Of a stretch of DNA of 64,000 nucleotides, positions 60,929 to 64,000 are shown piece by piece. The DNA comes from Chiloscyllium plagiosum. Taxonomy: Eukaryota. Below the pieces are notes generated by a model. The model worked only from the letters and a program-made list of their open reading frames with translations, had not been told where the DNA came from and did not search any database. Positions within the stretch are counted from its first letter, which is position 1, and every line of letters begins with the position of its first letter. The stretch covers positions 76,954,079 to 77,018,078 of the forward strand of contig NC_057718.1 of NCBI RefSeq assembly GCF_004010195.1, read 5' to 3'. A program made the translations under genes and the position numbers.

Positions 60929-62062
60929 TTATTATGCCACAAATTTTGTGTTATCTGCAAATTTACTAACTACGCCTTCGATATTCTCATCCAAGTCATT
61001 TGTATAAATAACTCCAAAAGACGACCGAGAACCAAACACTGCTGGTCTCAGACTTCCAGTCTGAAAAGCAATCTTCCACTATTACTCCATGTCTCCTGCC
61101 ATTAAGCCAATTATGTATCCATTTGGCAAGCTCACCCTGAAACCCATGTGAGCTAACTTTACTAATTAATCTGCTATGCGGAACCTTGTCAAAGGTTTTA
61201 CTAGAATCCAAATAAATAATGGCTACTGCACTGCTATCATCAATCTTTTTGATAATTATAATCAAGTTTGTGAGACACGATTTTCCTTCGATTCCCATTG
61301 ACTCCAGTATTGTTTGGACTCCTTGATGCCACACTCAGTCAAATGATGCCTTGACATCAAGACTTGTCACTCTCAACTCATTGCTGGAGTTCAGCTCTTT
61401 TATCGATGTTTGGACCAAGGCTGTAATGTGGCCAGAAGCTAAATGGCTCTGGTGGAACACAAAAGGAGTATCAGCGAACATGTTGATTTGAAGAACTTTT
61501 CTCCTTTAGTATGAAACATGGTTGAATGATATTTCCAATAGTTGGTTATAATAGTTTTATTTTAATATCAATTTAAAAATTCTGGCTCCTAAGTCTGTCC
61601 ATAGTGGACACTGAGTAAATGACTATGGAGAATACACAGGGCTATGGAGGGTGCAAGAGATACATGAAGGAATATGGAAGACTATGAGGAAGAATGGAGG
61701 TGGCAAATATCAGCCTGTGAACCAGATGAGACAGTGACAGTGGGTGAGGGGTGAGGGTTTGACAGCCTGAAATTTATCTTTAAAACACTCAGTAAGTAGA
61801 GGCAGGGGTTTTAGCCTATTTCCCCACCATCCAACCTCCTTCATTGATACCTTAGGTCCTTGGTGGGGCGGACTCCATTCTGCATCCACCTTTCAGGAAT
61901 GAAACACAGCACGTGGAAGTCTTATTGGAAGAACCAGGTCTGCTGGGTCGGGAAATTTCCCAACTTGATCTTCCTGCTTCCCCTATGAAGATCGGGATCA
62001 TAGTGTTTGGTTTCACATCCCAGAAGAGTATTTCATAGCCAAAGAATGAGTCTTTTTAAACG

Positions 62063-62512
62063 TAACAGAAAATTGCTGACGAAACTCAGCAGGTCTAGCA
62101 GCATCTGTGGGGAAAAAGTAGTGTTAACATTTTGAATCTGGTGACTCTTCATCAGAACTGATTGGAGCCCAGAAAAAGTGATAGTTGTGTGACAGATGAG
62201 ATTGAGGATGGTGGGGGAAGAGGTGACTGGATTAGTGAGACAGAGCCCACAGAGAGAGAGGTATGAAAAGGGTAGGCAGATGAAGGGGTCGTGGATAGTA
62301 TGCCAGGACAGAAGAGAAGTTGAATGAATGGTGGTGAGAGGTGAGAGAGGGAGAAAATGAGTTGGCTGTGCTGAAAGCAACCCATGGTCATTAAAAAACA
62401 TGGAAGGATGGAATCAGGCTCTAAAGTCTTTGAACTCAATGTTGAGTCCTAGACTGGAAAATGAGGTGCTGCTTTATGAACTTGCGCTGAGGCTTGCTGG
62501 AACAGTACAGCA
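62063..62512 (-). mobile_element. PLE family C 3' region
   Basis: Reverse complement gtt-CTGATGA-a-gagtc acca gattc-aaaa-tgtt-aac; GIY-YIG terminus remnant near 62430-62510. Confidence 0.75.
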
Positions 62513-62675
62513 AGCTCTACATACCCTTCCTCCAATCCCGTTTAAATTTAAGAAAACTTATTCCTTGGTGATAAAATGTTTTCCTGAGATGTGAAAAGAA
62601 AACACTATGGGCTAGATCTTCATAGGTTGTGAATGTGGATGGGTAAGGGCGTTGCTAATGGTATATGTCTAGACA

Positions 62676-62921
62676 TCTGGATTAGTGGTGCTGGAAAAGC
62701 ACAGCAGTTCAGGCAACATCCAAGGAGCAGTAAAATCGACGTTTCGGGCAAAAGCCCTTCATCAGGAATACAAGCGTTCTTTTCCACCTGTATTCCTGAT
62801 GAAGGGCTTTTGCCCGAAACGTTGATTTTACTGCTCCTCGGATGCTGCCTGAACTGCTGTGCTTTTCCAGCACCACTAATTCAGAATCTAGTTTCCAGCA
62901 TCTGCAGTCATTGTTTTTACC
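62676..62921. mobile_element. PLE family A fold-back with an intact hammerhead core on each strand
   Basis: Cores at 62738-62765 (-) and 62796-62823 (+); tail on the right; TSD tatatgtctagaca at 62662-62675 and 62922-62935. Confidence 0.93.
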
Positions 62922-63674
62922 TATATGTCTAGACAGTTAGCTGGAGATGAATGTGAAGTATATCCCTGAAAATTATAGCTCTAATGTTTTTGGGGAGGTT
63001 GGAGAATGCAGGTATCCAGGAAATTGGTTAGAAAATCAAGAGCTCTTACACAATTCAATGGCAGGATCACATCATACTGTTCTCAACTATTTCCAGCTTA
63101 ATAGCTAACTAAATAGACAGGCTGACTGTCCTAGATACGATAACCAATGTCAGGAGGTCATAGCTATAGACTTTGCGGCACAGATCATCATAATTGGGAG
63201 ACAGCAACAGATTAAAATTTGGAAGAATTGGGAGGGAGGTCATTGTGACAGAAGAGGAGCAGTAATTGGGAATTGCAGGAGTTAGGTTGTTGGCAATATA
63301 TCTTGAAATCTTTCTTTGTTATGCAGATCCTGTTTATTGATCTGAACATTCCTTCAAGATCAGTGCTCAGTTATGTCCATGTGCTTCTTTCAGGAAATCA
63401 CGGCTTGTTTTTTGCACTTGGAGATACATTATCAATTGCCAAGTTACTGCCTGCTTGTTCTACTTGAGAAGAACATTGGTCACCAATTGGGAATTAGAGG
63501 CTGGTGATCATAAGAGGGGACAGAAAGTGGCTGAGATGGTAAACAAAAGGCCAAAGACTGTTTTAACTCAGGTGACAGCCATTTGCTACTTCATTTATCA
63601 GGGCAATGCTTTGATCATTCAGAATGATCTGCCTCATTTTGAAATTAAACAAAGCCTTATTATTAAATCATCGT

Positions 63675-63925
63675 TGAAAAGGTGGCACTGGAAAAGTACA
63701 GCCGGTCAGGCTGCACCCAAGGAGCAGTAGAATCGACATTTTGGGCATAAGCGCTTAATCAGGAATGTGGGGCTGTGGGGGTGAGTTGGGGAGGGGACTG
63801 AGGGATAAATGAGTTGAAGGGTTGACTCTGGGATGAGGTGGGGGGAGGGAAATAAGAAAACTGATGAAATCGACATTGATGCCGTATGGTTGGAGGAATC
63901 CAAGGTGGAAGCTGAGGCATTTGTC
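63675..63925 (-). mobile_element. PLE family A fragment
   Basis: Decayed 3' repeat and GIY-YIG terminus. Confidence 0.8.
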
Positions 63926-64000
63926 AGTCATCAGTACCTGGTGCTTTCTCTATGGCAACAGAGTTCAGAGTTCACTTTTCAATCAATCTGAACTCTTGCC

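Larger units (their letters stand above)
59735..61290 (-). mobile_element. CR1 RT and 3' end with PLE inserts
   Basis: GKSCLTNL...YLDSSKTFDKVPHSRLISK; CR1 3' tail at 59740. Confidence 0.9.

Overview
Repeat-dominated, apparently intronic or intergenic vertebrate DNA. It is most likely from a cartilaginous fish (shark), inferred from HE1-type tRNA SINEs with (AATCT)n tails and their CR1/HER1-like LINE partners. No intact host gene can be supported, and most ORFs in the track are decayed transposon frames. Content: (1) many CR1 LINE fragments, one nearly full length with a zinc-finger/esterase ORF1; (2) Penelope-like elements (PLEs) of at least three subfamilies, whose 3' repeats carry a minimal hammerhead ribozyme core (CUGANGA-A-stem II-GAAA-NN-UH); several form fold-back insertions with a ~35-40 nt one-sided tail and exact 14-bp target-site duplications (TSDs); (3) a truncated endogenous retrovirus (LTR, tRNA-Ser primer-binding site, gag, in-frame protease) flanked by a 116-bp direct duplication; (4) solo LTRs with 4-bp TSDs, one carrying a two-template inverted insertion; (5) a 2.7-kb block ending in a SINE tail that splits a PLE, a candidate SINE 5'-transduction; (6) a 586-nt assembly gap inside a PLE fold-back. 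Family names come from motif recognition only, and boundaries of old repeats are approximate.
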